Assembly (NCBI GenBank): GCA_035389045.1
Contig: DAOORA010000023.1
Location: 1-56,387 of the forward strand
Length of the DNA: 56,387 bases
Direction of reading: 5' to 3'
Origin: Bacteroidales bacterium
GTDB lineage: Bacteria > Bacteroidota > Bacteroidia > Bacteroidales > CAIWKO01
How positions within the stretch are numbered: position 1 is the first letter of the stretch; every line of letters starts with the position of its first letter. The translations under genes and the position numbers were made by a program. Shown in pieces: positions 20,517 to 31,473 of the stretch. The notes under the pieces are model-generated. The model was not told where the DNA came from and ran no database searches. It saw only the letters and a list, made by a program, of their open reading frames with translations.

Positions 20517-22670
20517 ATGAATCTTCAGGAATTTAAGAACAAATACAAATTATTAAAGGAATGGTCATACACCCTGAAACCTATTGAAAAAGGTTATAAT
20601 ATGCGTACTTTGTACGTTAATGTGGGCAGTCATGAGATCAAAGAAAAACCTGTTTCACAACTCATGAAGGATAAATTCACGGGGGGCAAAGGTTTCGGAT
20701 TGAAATTATTATGGGAAGCCACCCAACCGGAGACCAAATGGAATGACCCTGAAAATGAAATAGTGATCAATACCGGCCCTATATGTGGTATCACACAATA
20801 TTCCGGCACAGGAAAATCGCTGGTTGTGTCTATTTCGCCGCAAACCCATATACCAATCGACAGCAATGTTGGCGGTTATTTTGGCCCTTTCATGAAATTT
20901 GCAGGTTTTGATTCCATGGAGATTCAGGGTAAATCAGACAAAGAAGTAATAATATATATTGATGGCGTTAGCGGAAAAGTTGAAATCTATGATGCTGATG
21001 ATCTTCCCATCGACAGCCATGTCATCGGCGAAGTGCTTCATGAAGTTTTTGCCAATGATGAAAAGGACAGGATGAATGTTTCGGTAGTATCGGCCGGTAC
21101 TGCTGCCGATCATTCGCTTATCGGATGCCTGAATTTCACCTTCTTCGACATGAAACGCAAGGTGGTGCGTCTGAAACAAGCCGGCAGAGGCGGTCTGGGT
21201 ACCGTGTTGCGTGATAAAAAAATCAAGGCCGTGGTGGCTAAAGTCCCCGGTGTAAAAGGCAACCTGAACAATGTTGTTGACCTGGATGCGATCATGGAAC
21301 GCGGAAAACGCTTCAACAAGGAAATGCGTGAACTTGACGATTCACAGTGCCAGATGCGCAAGATAGGAACGGCACACCTGACGCACATCATGAATGATTA
21401 TGATCTGTTCCCTACCCATAATTTTAAATACGGAAGTCATCCTGATGCCATAAAAGTTCATGCTGAACGCTACAAGGAACGTTTTACACAGAATATGCCC
21501 GACGGATGCTGGATCGGCTGCAACATGTCGTGCGCCAAAGGTGTGGATAATTACGAACTGAGAACCGGCCCTTATAAAGGGTCTAAGGTGATTGTTGACG
21601 GGCCTGAATATGAAACTGCGGCATCTCTGGGTTCCTGTGCAGGAATTTTCAACCCGGATTTCACTATTGAAGCCAATTTTTATTGTGACACCTATGGTAT
21701 ATGTACCATTACCTGGGGAACTATCCTGGGATTTGTAATGGAGTGTTATGAAAACGGTATCCTTAACGAAGAGCGCACCGGCGGACTGAAACTCAACTTC
21801 GGCAATGAAGACAGCGCAATGGAACTGCTTCATCAGCTTGCCCGTGGAGAAGGTTTTGGCGTTATTGCCGGACAGGGTGTTCATGTGATGAAAGAAATAT
21901 TTGTTTCAAAAGGCTGGGGCGACCCGGGCTTCCTGCAGGATATAGGAATGGAGAACAAAGGCCTTGAGTATTCTCAATATGTCTCCAAAGAATCGCTGGC
22001 ACAGCAGGGCGGTTATGCCATGACCAACAAAGGCCCTCAGCACGACGAAGCCTGGCTGATCTTCATGGACATGGTGAACAACCAGATCCCGACCTTTGAG
22101 AACAAAGCCGAAGCACTGTATTATTTTCCTATGTTCCGTACCTGGTTTGGCCTGCAGGGCTTATGCAAACTCCCCTGGAATGATGTGGAACCCGCTGACA
22201 ATCACGAACAGTCAGAACCGGCCAAAGTACCCGAACATGTTGACAATTATGTTACGATTTACAAAGCCGTCACCGGACTCGAGCTGGACAAAGATTCACT
22301 GATCATCCAATCAGAACGCGTCTATCAGTTCCAGCGTGTTTTCAATATCCGTTGCGGAAAAGGCTTGCGCAGGCACGATGCCCAGCCATACCGCGCCTGC
22401 GGCCCGGTGACCATCGAAGAATATGAATCCCGCCAGGAACGTTACGACAAACAGATGAAAGAAAAAATCGGCATCGACCCGGAAGGAAAATCCACTGAAG
22501 AAAAAATCGACATAACACGTAAATACAGGGAAGAACAATACGAAAAACTGCTCGACGCTGTTTACAAACGCCGCGGATGGACGCCCAACGGAGTGCCTAC
22601 TATTGAACGGCTCAAATCGTTGGGTATGGATCTGCCGGAAGTGCTTGAAATTGTGACACCCCTGCAATAA
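20517..22670 (+). CDS. aor: Aldehyde:ferredoxin oxidoreductase family (W/Mo-pterin, 4Fe-4S)
   Basis: GGKGFG, DSNVGG.FG..MKFAGFD, AGRGGLG.V...KKIKA, CWIGCNMSC, GPEYET, GLCK, Y..RGW..NGVPT.E.L..LG. Confidence 0.9.
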   Translation: MNLQEFKNKYKLLKEWSYTLKPIEKGYNMRTLYVNVGSHEIKEKPVSQLMKDKFTGGKGFGLKLLWEATQPETKWNDPENEIVINTGPICGITQYSGTGKSLVVSISPQTHIPIDSNVGGYFGPFMKFAGFDSMEIQGKSDKEVIIYIDGVSGKVEIYDADDLPIDSHVIGEVLHEVFANDEKDRMNVSVVSAGTAADHSLIGCLNFTFFDMKRKVVRLKQAGRGGLGTVLRDKKIKAVVAKVPGVKGNLNNVVDLDAIMERGKRFNKEMRELDDSQCQMRKIGTAHLTHIMNDYDLFPTHNFKYGSHPDAIKVHAERYKERFTQNMPDGCWIGCNMSCAKGVDNYELRTGPYKGSKVIVDGPEYETAASLGSCAGIFNPDFTIEANFYCDTYGICTITWGTILGFVMECYENGILNEERTGGLKLNFGNEDSAMELLHQLARGEGFGVIAGQGVHVMKEIFVSKGWGDPGFLQDIGMENKGLEYSQYVSKESLAQQGGYAMTNKGPQHDEAWLIFMDMVNNQIPTFENKAEALYYFPMFRTWFGLQGLCKLPWNDVEPADNHEQSEPAKVPEHVDNYVTIYKAVTGLELDKDSLIIQSERVYQFQRVFNIRCGKGLRRHDAQPYRACGPVTIEEYESRQERYDKQMKEKIGIDPEGKSTEEKIDITRKYREEQYEKLLDAVYKRRGWTPNGVPTIERLKSLGMDLPEVLEIVTPLQ

Positions 22671-23012
22671 CTACAATTTACATATAACATCGGCAGGCAA
22701 GAACCTCCCTGCACATAAACAACACCAAAACCCTAATGGATTTTGCCTGAACACAATGGCATTTTCTGACAGGGGCTATTAAGGATTATTTCTGAAACTG
22801 CCCGGGGTTGACAACATATCATTGTTTTACTAAGAAGACATAATACAAATTTTACAGCCGGAGCTGATCTCGGAAACCTATTTTGAAACCATTGACCCCG
22901 CCGTCATCGGAAAATCTCAGTCCCAAAAGGCTCTATATCAAATATTGTGTTCCTCTTATCAGCATAATACGTTTTTATCTAAATTTGTGAAAACATTTGC
23001 AGTAGTTATTTT

Positions 23013-24962
23013 ATGGCACAAAAGCCCCTTAATAAAAAGAAAGCAGCCCCAAAAAATCAAAAAAAGCAGGGACCCCGTATTGATAATAGCATGGAAAAAA
23101 TACCGTCATGGGCTATTTATGCGGTGTTGGTTTTTACTTTTTTAATTTATATAAGGGCTCTTTTCAACGGCTTTGCCAGTTACGATGACGACATGTATAT
23201 TTTGGATAATCCATACATCCGTAGTTTTTCCCGGGAGGGTATCCAGCATATTTTTTCCTCTTTTTATTTTGATATTTATCACCCACTGACGACCCTCACC
23301 TATTTATTTGAATACAAACTTTTTGGGACAAATCCATTGCCTTACCACCTGTTGAATATTCTGCTTCATTTGCTCAATACATGGCTTGTTTATCATGTGA
23401 CGCTGAAACTGAGTACGAATAAAATTACATCATTGCTTGTTTCTGTTTTATTTGCCGTACATCCTATGCATGTCGAAAGTGTAGCCTGGATTTCTGAAAG
23501 GAAAGATGTATTATACTCACTGTTCTATCTGTTGTCATTATTGACGTATCTGCGTTATATCGAAACCGGTTATAAGAAAAAGCATTATTCAGCCGCCCTG
23601 TTATTTTTTATTCTTTCCCTACTTTCAAAACCCACAGCAGTTACCATATTTGCGCTCCTGATTGCTATTGATATTTATAAAGGAAGAAAAGTCAGCCTGA
23701 AATCATTAGCCGATAAACTACCCTTTTTAGTTTTGTCACTGATTTTGGTGATTGTTACATTTACGAACTCAGGATCAGGTGGCAATCAATTATTGACCTA
23801 TGGATTTGCAGACAGGATTTTCCTTTTTACTTACGCCCTTTCGTTCTATATCGTGAAAGCTATCATTCCTTTCCATATGTCTGCCATCCATGGTTTTCCC
23901 GATAACTCCGGTGGTACTTTGCCAATAGTGTATTACGCATCATTACCTTTCATCCTGCTCGTTTCAGCGATTTTTATTTATATCGCGGTTCGTGCATTCC
24001 GGAAAGGTGGTTTCGGCAAAGAAATTGTTTTCGGCGTCTGCTTTTTTCTTATTACCCTTTCTATTGCATTACCCATAGTGCCCATTGGAATTTCAATTAC
24101 CAGTGAAAGATATTCGTACATTCCTTATATTGGATTGTTTTACATTGCTGGCCAATGGCTCTTAACTATTAAGAAAGATCTCTACAAAAAAATCCTTCGC
24201 TTCCTGCTTGTTATCATCATTATTGTATTTTCAATACAGACATGGACAAGGATAGGCGTATGGAAAGATGGCTTAACACTTTTTAATGATGTAATAAAAA
24301 AATACCCCGACAGTTATATTGCATACGATTACCGTGGTAATGTCAAAAAGAAGAAGCTGAAAGACTTTGATGGCGCTTTGCAGGATTATAATAACTGCCT
24401 CAGGTTGAATCCTTTTTTCGTGCAGGGGTTAATAGACCGGGGAGATGTTTACAATGAATTCGGAGAATACAATGCTGCTCTGGCGGATTTAAATCAGGCC
24501 ATAAAACTCGACTCCTCAGTATCCATAGCTTTCAACAACAGGGGAATGTCCTATTACAGATTTGGCGACTCTGTATCTGCCCTGCGTGATTATAATAAAG
24601 CATTGAAGTTAGATCCCCTTTCGGCTATAGCCTATAATAACAGAGCGGTTCTAAATGCTTCGAAGGGAAATATCACAGCAGCCATGAATGATGTTAATAA
24701 TGCCATCAGACTGGATATAAATTATGCAGAGGCATACAGCAACAGGGGCGCCTTTAAGGCCGGACAGGGAGACTTTCGGGCTTCCCTTGAGGATTATAAT
24801 TTTTCGGTTAAATTAAATCCCGCAGACAAGGTCGTATATTTCAACCGCGCCTTTACCAGACTAAACCTGCAGGATACCTCAGGGGCATGCATAGACTGGC
24901 AAAAAGCTAAAGAACTCGGGGTGGGCATAGCTGAAGAAAAAATCAATCAATACTGCAAATAA
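23013..24962 (+). CDS. TMTC-like GT-C membrane glycosyltransferase with TPRs, copy 1
   Basis: DD motif (SYDDDMY), YHPLT, LFAVHPMHVESVAWISERKD, SERYSY, multiple TM helices, 6 TPRs, ends YCK. Confidence 0.85.
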   Translation: MAQKPLNKKKAAPKNQKKQGPRIDNSMEKIPSWAIYAVLVFTFLIYIRALFNGFASYDDDMYILDNPYIRSFSREGIQHIFSSFYFDIYHPLTTLTYLFEYKLFGTNPLPYHLLNILLHLLNTWLVYHVTLKLSTNKITSLLVSVLFAVHPMHVESVAWISERKDVLYSLFYLLSLLTYLRYIETGYKKKHYSAALLFFILSLLSKPTAVTIFALLIAIDIYKGRKVSLKSLADKLPFLVLSLILVIVTFTNSGSGGNQLLTYGFADRIFLFTYALSFYIVKAIIPFHMSAIHGFPDNSGGTLPIVYYASLPFILLVSAIFIYIAVRAFRKGGFGKEIVFGVCFFLITLSIALPIVPIGISITSERYSYIPYIGLFYIAGQWLLTIKKDLYKKILRFLLVIIIIVFSIQTWTRIGVWKDGLTLFNDVIKKYPDSYIAYDYRGNVKKKKLKDFDGALQDYNNCLRLNPFFVQGLIDRGDVYNEFGEYNAALADLNQAIKLDSSVSIAFNNRGMSYYRFGDSVSALRDYNKALKLDPLSAIAYNNRAVLNASKGNITAAMNDVNNAIRLDINYAEAYSNRGAFKAGQGDFRASLEDYNFSVKLNPADKVVYFNRAFTRLNLQDTSGACIDWQKAKELGVGIAEEKINQYCK

Positions 24963-25049
24963 AATTTACTACTAATCCCCTTTAAACAAGTCCGCATTAA
25001 TTTCCACGAATATGAGTCTGAATCAAATGATCATTTATGAATTAAATTT

Positions 25050-25191
25050 GAGATTCCTCATTCCACTTCGTTCCATTCAGAAAGACAATCATTCTTTAGA
25101 CGTTAGTGGGAGGCAACGGGACGCGCTGCGTCCCGTTGCCTCCCACTTCTTACCTCATTATTAGAATTGTCATTACGAAGTGAGGAATTTC
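25050..25191. repeat. REP-like palindromic element with a 20-bp perfect central hairpin
   Basis: GAGATTCCTCA...TGAGGAATTTC ends; AGTGGGAGGCAACGGGACGC-GCT-GCGTCCCGTTGCCTCCCACT at 25105-25147; related to 39773-39924. Confidence 0.8.
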
Positions 25192-25287
25192 AGCCATATA
25201 TATTTGAATAAACCATTAAACTTGACCGAGGGGGATAAACAATTAATTATATAAAGTAAGGATATTTATTATTTACAGATACTAAAA

Positions 25288-27228
25288 ATGACAAAACAGC
25301 ACAGCAAAAAGAAAGAGATTATTCATCAGAATAAAAAACTTTCTAAAAAAAGTCTCATACAGGGCAAACGTTCCGCTGCACCGCCATGGGCCATTTACGC
25401 TTTACTGGTGCTTACTGCCATCATTTACACCAGAGCTGTTTTTAATGATTTTTCAAGCCTCGATGACGACATCTATCTTTTTCGTAATCCTTTTTTAATG
25501 AACCTTAACCTGCAGGGAATAATATCTATTTTCACTTCATTCTATTTCGGCATTTACCATCCGCTTACCACTCTCACTTTTCTTTTTGAATATCATATCT
25601 ATGGATTTAATCCCTTGCCCTATCACCTGTTTAATGTTGTACTTCATCTGATCAATGTGTACCTGGTCTATAAACTGACAGAACAGTTGAGCGGAAAAAT
25701 TTTTACGGCACTATTTGTGTCGGCGTTGTTTGCCCTCCACCCCATGCATGTGGAGTCGGTGGCCTGGATCGTTAGCCGCAAAGATGTACTGTACACATTG
25801 TTTTACCTCGCCTCCCTGATCGTCTACGTGCAATACCTGAATAAAAAAGATCACAAAACCGGAAAGATCATTTTGTGCATACTCCTGTTTCTGTGTTCAT
25901 TGTTATCAAAACCTTCCGCGCTAACCCTTCCTGTACTCCTTATTGCCATTGACCTTTACAGAAACAGAAAGCCGGACTTAAATATGTTTCTGGAGAAAAT
26001 TCCATTTTTTCTGCTTGCCTTGTTTTTTGGCCTTCTGCCTTTCTTTCAGGAAAAACCAGCAATGGCCGAAGATACCATTCCTGTTCATGCGTTCTATGAC
26101 CGGATTTTTGTTGTCACGTATAACATTGCTTTTTATGTCGTAAAACTCTTAGCCCCCTTCCATCTTTCAGCCATGCATTATTATCCGGAAAACAACGGTG
26201 GCGCCCTCCCATGGTATTACTATGCCTCGCTGCCTTTTGTTCTTTTAGTGATATGGCTAGTCATAAGAAAAAGTCCGTTTCGCCGCGAAAAACTTTTCGG
26301 GGCATCGTTTTTCCTGATCGTAATTTCAATCATGCTTCAGATCACCTATATCGGTTATGCGGTCACGTCGGAGCGGTACACCTACATTTCCTACATCGGA
26401 TTATTTTATATTGCAGGACAGTGGATTTCAAACCTGCAAAAAACAGCCCTCAAAAAATGGGCGTTAATAACCTGTGGACTAGTTATGATTATTTTTACCT
26501 ATCTCACCTGGGAACGAATCGGCGTTTGGAAAAACGGCATTGTGCTTTTTAATGATATCGTCGAAAAAAATCCGGACAGCTACCGTGCTTACGGGGGAAG
26601 AGCTTATGCAAAATCGAACCATAATGATTTTCAGGGCGCGCTCCAGGATTATAATAAAACATTAGAGATCAATCCCCGTTACGCCCTTGGGCTTACCAAC
26701 CGTGCCACGATTTTGATTGAAAGATTCAATGACTATGATGCCGCATTCCGCGATCTGGATTTATCCATACAATTAGATTCCACCGTTGCGGAATCATACC
26801 TTATGCGGGGGCTTGCCTATAAATTTCTTCATGATACAGCCGCTGCGATGCGTGATTATAACAAAGCCATCCAAATAAATCCCAAACTACAGAAAGCCTA
26901 TAACAACCGCGGGGCGCTCAAGATAGATATGAACAATCCCCAGGGCGCCTTAGAAGATATACTTATTGCCATAAAACTAAATCCGGGCGATGGCGACGCA
27001 TATAAAAACCGTGCAGCAATAAGGTATATGACGAACGATTTCCCGGGATGCATGGAAGATTGCAATACTGCCTTACAAATAAATCCTGAAGATGGCTGGG
27101 CTTTCAATACAAGGGCTTATGCAAAGCTGAACCTGTATGATACTGCAGGAGCCTGTAATGACTGGAACCGCGCTGTAAATTACGGATTCACGAATGCCGC
27201 AAATGCCGTTCAACAATATTGCAAATAA
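25288..27228 (+). CDS. TMTC-like GT-C + TPR protein, copy 2
   Basis: SLDDDIY, YHPLT, HPMHVESVAWIVSRKD, SERYTY, 6 TPRs. Confidence 0.85.
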   Translation: MTKQHSKKKEIIHQNKKLSKKSLIQGKRSAAPPWAIYALLVLTAIIYTRAVFNDFSSLDDDIYLFRNPFLMNLNLQGIISIFTSFYFGIYHPLTTLTFLFEYHIYGFNPLPYHLFNVVLHLINVYLVYKLTEQLSGKIFTALFVSALFALHPMHVESVAWIVSRKDVLYTLFYLASLIVYVQYLNKKDHKTGKIILCILLFLCSLLSKPSALTLPVLLIAIDLYRNRKPDLNMFLEKIPFFLLALFFGLLPFFQEKPAMAEDTIPVHAFYDRIFVVTYNIAFYVVKLLAPFHLSAMHYYPENNGGALPWYYYASLPFVLLVIWLVIRKSPFRREKLFGASFFLIVISIMLQITYIGYAVTSERYTYISYIGLFYIAGQWISNLQKTALKKWALITCGLVMIIFTYLTWERIGVWKNGIVLFNDIVEKNPDSYRAYGGRAYAKSNHNDFQGALQDYNKTLEINPRYALGLTNRATILIERFNDYDAAFRDLDLSIQLDSTVAESYLMRGLAYKFLHDTAAAMRDYNKAIQINPKLQKAYNNRGALKIDMNNPQGALEDILIAIKLNPGDGDAYKNRAAIRYMTNDFPGCMEDCNTALQINPEDGWAFNTRAYAKLNLYDTAGACNDWNRAVNYGFTNAANAVQQYCK

Positions 27229-27363
27229 AAGATATGGACATAAAACTTATGCCATCAAGAGAACAGAAATAAATATCAATTTAAAAGTTCCGGTTTTAAA
27301 TTACCGGACTCAAATTATGATCAATTTATTTAATTTTGTTTACCATTTATACACAACCACGAT

Positions 27364-29295
27364 ATGCCGGGCAAGTCTGAGAAATTGAAACAAAGCACCA
27401 CGCTGAAAAAAAAAGCCTCCAGAGACAGCCGCATACAGGATAAATCATTCCGTGTCCCGTCGTGGGCCATATATTTAGTTATTCTGATCACGACACTGAT
27501 CTATACGCGTGTTTTGCAGTACGACTTTATCGCCTGGGATGATGATGAATATCTGTTGAAAAATCCTGACATTAAAAACTTTAATTTTGAGGCAGTAAAA
27601 CTTATTTTCACCTCATTCTATGTCGGACATTACCAGCCATTCACCATACTTTCCTACCTGTTCGAGTATCATTTGTTTGGTTTGAATCCATTGCCTTTTC
27701 ATCTGATCAATATTTTGCTTCACCTGGTTAATGTCCTTCTGGTGTACCGGCTCACCGAAAAACTCAGCGGTCACAAATTCACAGCTTTATTTGTGTCTGC
27801 CATGTTTGCTGTTCATCCGATGCACGTCGAATCTGTGGCATGGATTGCCGAACGTAAAGACGTTCTGTACACATTATTTTACCTGACCGCCTTACTGGTT
27901 TATATGCAATATCTGAAACATGGCTATAAGGTCAAGCACTATCTGCTGTGTCTGCTGTTATTCACCGGATCATTGCTTTCAAAATCAGTGGCGCTGACGC
28001 TGCCGGTGCTGATGATCGCCTTTGACCTGTATACAGGCAGAAAACCGGGAAAAAAAATGTTTATCGAAAAAATCCCATTCTTTGCCTTGTCGGTGCTGTT
28101 CGGCACGGTTGCCCTGCTCTCACAAAAGGTGGCTATGGGCGATATTCCGCTGGCATATTCAATCCCTGACCGGATATTTTTCTTCACTTACACCCTTGCA
28201 TTTTATATTGTAAAACTTATTGCGCCCTTCAACCTGTCTGCCATGCATTATTATCCCGAGACTTCCGGAGGCGCCCTTCCCTGGTATTTCTATGCTTCAC
28301 TGCCTTTCCTTCTGCTGGTGGCATGGTGGATAATAAAAAAGAGCCCTTTGCGCCGTGAAAATATTTTTGGAATATTCTTTTTTCTGATTGTCATTTCCAT
28401 CATGCTTCAGTTAGTTTCTGTGGGCACGGCTATTGTCGCAGAACGCTATACTTATGTTTCTTACATCGGCTTGTTTTATATCATCGGACAATGGATCTCC
28501 GCGTTGAATAAACCATTGCTGAAAAAATCTGCAGGATTTCTTTGCGTCTTATTCTTTTTGTTGTTTTCATATCTTACCTGGAACAGGATCAGTGTATGGG
28601 AAAACAGCAATGTACTTTTTACCGATGTCATAAAAAAATACCCCAACAGTTACCATGCCTACTGGGCCAGAGGTGATGGAAAAAATAAGCTTAAAGACTA
28701 CCAGGGCGCACTTCAGGATTATAACAGGTCCATACAACTGAATCCAGACTTCTCCATAAGCCGTAACAGCCGGGGATATATTTTTCTCGAATTAAATGAT
28801 TATGCCCCGGCACTGAGCGATCTGAATGCCTCTATCCTACTTGATTCTAACGCATCCCAGGCATACCACAACCGGGGATTGGTTTATGACAGGCTTGGGG
28901 ATACCAGTGCCGCCATGCGCGATTATAACAAAGCCATCAGTATCAACCCCAAACTGCAAAACTCTTATGCCGCCAGGGGCATCCTCAAAGCCAGAATGGG
29001 TAAGCCCGAAAGCGCCCTTACCGATTTCAACGAAGCCATAATCCTGAATCCCGATGACCAACTCTCATATCGCAACCGTGCCGCTGTAAGATTCATGCTG
29101 AAAGATTTTACAGGCGCCCTGGATGATTGCAATTTTTCCCTGAAAATGAATCCGAAAGACAGTATTTCTTTGTTTAACCGGGGCCAGATACGTCTTAATC
29201 TTAACGATACTGCCGGTGCGTGTATTGACTGGAACCAGGCCTTAAAACATGGGTACCCGCCTGCAGCTGATGCCATAAACCAATTTTGTAAATAG
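27364..29295 (+). CDS. TMTC-like GT-C + TPR protein, copy 3
   Basis: AWDDDEY, YQPFT, HPMHVESVAWIAERKD, AERYTY, 6 TPRs. Confidence 0.85.
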   Translation: MPGKSEKLKQSTTLKKKASRDSRIQDKSFRVPSWAIYLVILITTLIYTRVLQYDFIAWDDDEYLLKNPDIKNFNFEAVKLIFTSFYVGHYQPFTILSYLFEYHLFGLNPLPFHLINILLHLVNVLLVYRLTEKLSGHKFTALFVSAMFAVHPMHVESVAWIAERKDVLYTLFYLTALLVYMQYLKHGYKVKHYLLCLLLFTGSLLSKSVALTLPVLMIAFDLYTGRKPGKKMFIEKIPFFALSVLFGTVALLSQKVAMGDIPLAYSIPDRIFFFTYTLAFYIVKLIAPFNLSAMHYYPETSGGALPWYFYASLPFLLLVAWWIIKKSPLRRENIFGIFFFLIVISIMLQLVSVGTAIVAERYTYVSYIGLFYIIGQWISALNKPLLKKSAGFLCVLFFLLFSYLTWNRISVWENSNVLFTDVIKKYPNSYHAYWARGDGKNKLKDYQGALQDYNRSIQLNPDFSISRNSRGYIFLELNDYAPALSDLNASILLDSNASQAYHNRGLVYDRLGDTSAAMRDYNKAISINPKLQNSYAARGILKARMGKPESALTDFNEAIILNPDDQLSYRNRAAVRFMLKDFTGALDDCNFSLKMNPKDSISLFNRGQIRLNLNDTAGACIDWNQALKHGYPPAADAINQFCK

Positions 29296-29325
29296 ATTTT
29301 TAATTTCATATAAACATTATTTACT

Positions 29326-31368
29326 ATGGCCAACAAGCCCGGACAAAAAAAAACAACAGCGCCTCGCAGTCCACAGACTTCAGCAGGTGACCGTGAGAAA
29401 AAATTCACATTCAGGGTTCCTTCCTGGGCAATTTATGCTGTTTTAGGCCTGACAGCCCTTATATACATACGTGCGTTCAATAACTTTTTCACAAACTTTG
29501 ATGATGATTTTTACATACTCTATAACCCATATCTCAGAAATTTCAGTATAGACGGTATAATATCAATCTTCAGTTCTTTCTATAATTATAACTATCATCC
29601 GCTTACCACGCTGACTTACTTATTCGAATATCAGATATACGGTTTAAACCCATTGCCTTATCATATTTTCAACGTGCTGCTCCACCTCATCAATACGTTT
29701 CTGGTATATAAACTTGCGGAAAAGCTTAGCGGGAATAATTTCACAGCACTCTTCGTATCACTGCTTTTTGCGGTTCATCCGATGCACGTCGAATCAGTGG
29801 CATGGGTATCCGAAAGAAAAGATGTGCTGTACGCTTTGTTTTATCTTAGTGCACTTATTATGTATCTTAAGTACCTGAAATCAGGTCTTAATACAAAGTT
29901 TTTCATATTCTGCCTTGCATTTTTCATCCTTTCACTCCTGTCGAAACCGGCTGCCGTCACGCTGCCCGTTCTGTTGTTAGCCATTGACTTTTATAAAAAA
30001 AGAAAACCAGGTACAAAGATGTTCCTTGAAAAAACACCTTTTTTTGCACTTTCCGTATTGTTCGGGATATTGGTCATTATGGCACAGCAATCTATTATGA
30101 GAGATGTTTCCATATATTCATTTTCCTTTATGGACAAGATATTTTTATTTACATATACTATTGCTTTTTATGTAGTAAAACTTATAGTCCCGTTCCATTT
30201 ATCTGCCTGGCATTATTATCCTGATGTAAACGGCGGCACCTTACCCTGGCAGTTTTATGCTTCGCTGCCTGTTGTGGCGTTGCTGGTATGGCTGACGGTA
30301 AGGCGTACTTCTTTCCTGCGCGAAAAAATATTCGGAGTGTGTTTTTTTCTGATCGTAATTTCGGTCATGCTTCAGATCATCGGTGTCGGTGTGGCGATCA
30401 CAGCAGAACGGTATACCTACCTTTCGTATATCGGACTGTTTTATATTGCGGGACAATGGATTACAAGCATACAAAAGCCGGCATTCCGAAAACCTGTACT
30501 TATTATCTGTACAATGGCTGTGCTGGTGTTTTCATACCTTTCCTGGGACAGAATCCGTGTTTGGAAGGATGGAAATTCACTTTTTACCGATGTCATCAAA
30601 AAATACCCCGACAGCTTTCATGCCTATTGTATAAGGGGCAAGTTCAAATATGAATACACTAAAGATTACCAGGGCGCCCTGCAGGATTTCAACAAGTCGC
30701 TTCAGTTGTATCCCACCTATTATGAATGTCTGATCAGCCGGGGAACATTGTTGATCAATGAAATAAAAGACTATGCTACCGCTTTACACGACTGGAACCT
30801 TGCCATTCAGTTGAATCCTGAAGTGGCCAAATCATATAATTATCGCGGGATCGCTTACGCTAACCTGAACGACCTGGGATCAGCACTGAAAGATTTTAAC
30901 ACAACTTTGCAGATGGATACCGTAAATGCGGAAGCCTATAATAACCGGGGCATGGTTTTCGACAAAATGAATGACACCGCTGCCGCGCTAAAGGATTTTA
31001 ACAAAGCTACCCTGATAAATCCCGGAATGAACAACGCATATTACAATAAAGGAATGCTCAAAGCCAGAATCGGAAACCTCGCAGGCGCCTTAGAGGATAT
31101 CACCAAAGCCATCAGTTTAAATGACGATGATGATCTGGCGTACCGCAACCGGGCGGCCATCAGGTTCATGATGAACGATTATTCCGGCTCACTCGAAGAT
31201 TGCAATAATGCCATAAAAATAAATCCGAAAGACAGTATCGCACTGTTTAACCGCGGCCAGACAAGGCTCAACCTGAACGATACCTCCGGCGCCTGTAATG
31301 ACTGGAACCAGGCATACAGTCTTGGATACACCGCTGCAGGCGATGCCTTAACCCGATTTTGCAAATAG
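29326..31368 (+). CDS. TMTC-like GT-C + TPR protein, copy 4 (one extra TPR)
   Basis: NFDDDFY, YHPLT, HPMHVESVAWVSERKD, AERYTY, 7 TPRs, 680 aa. Confidence 0.85.
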   Translation: MANKPGQKKTTAPRSPQTSAGDREKKFTFRVPSWAIYAVLGLTALIYIRAFNNFFTNFDDDFYILYNPYLRNFSIDGIISIFSSFYNYNYHPLTTLTYLFEYQIYGLNPLPYHIFNVLLHLINTFLVYKLAEKLSGNNFTALFVSLLFAVHPMHVESVAWVSERKDVLYALFYLSALIMYLKYLKSGLNTKFFIFCLAFFILSLLSKPAAVTLPVLLLAIDFYKKRKPGTKMFLEKTPFFALSVLFGILVIMAQQSIMRDVSIYSFSFMDKIFLFTYTIAFYVVKLIVPFHLSAWHYYPDVNGGTLPWQFYASLPVVALLVWLTVRRTSFLREKIFGVCFFLIVISVMLQIIGVGVAITAERYTYLSYIGLFYIAGQWITSIQKPAFRKPVLIICTMAVLVFSYLSWDRIRVWKDGNSLFTDVIKKYPDSFHAYCIRGKFKYEYTKDYQGALQDFNKSLQLYPTYYECLISRGTLLINEIKDYATALHDWNLAIQLNPEVAKSYNYRGIAYANLNDLGSALKDFNTTLQMDTVNAEAYNNRGMVFDKMNDTAAALKDFNKATLINPGMNNAYYNKGMLKARIGNLAGALEDITKAISLNDDDDLAYRNRAAIRFMMNDYSGSLEDCNNAIKINPKDSIALFNRGQTRLNLNDTSGACNDWNQAYSLGYTAAGDALTRFCK

Positions 31369-31473
31369 TATAAATATTATAAATCGCATTATGTTATAAA
31401 CATGCTTTATATAAAAATGGTTCTTATTTTTTTATTTTTGAGATGGTATTTCTAATTTTTTTTAAAACGACCT

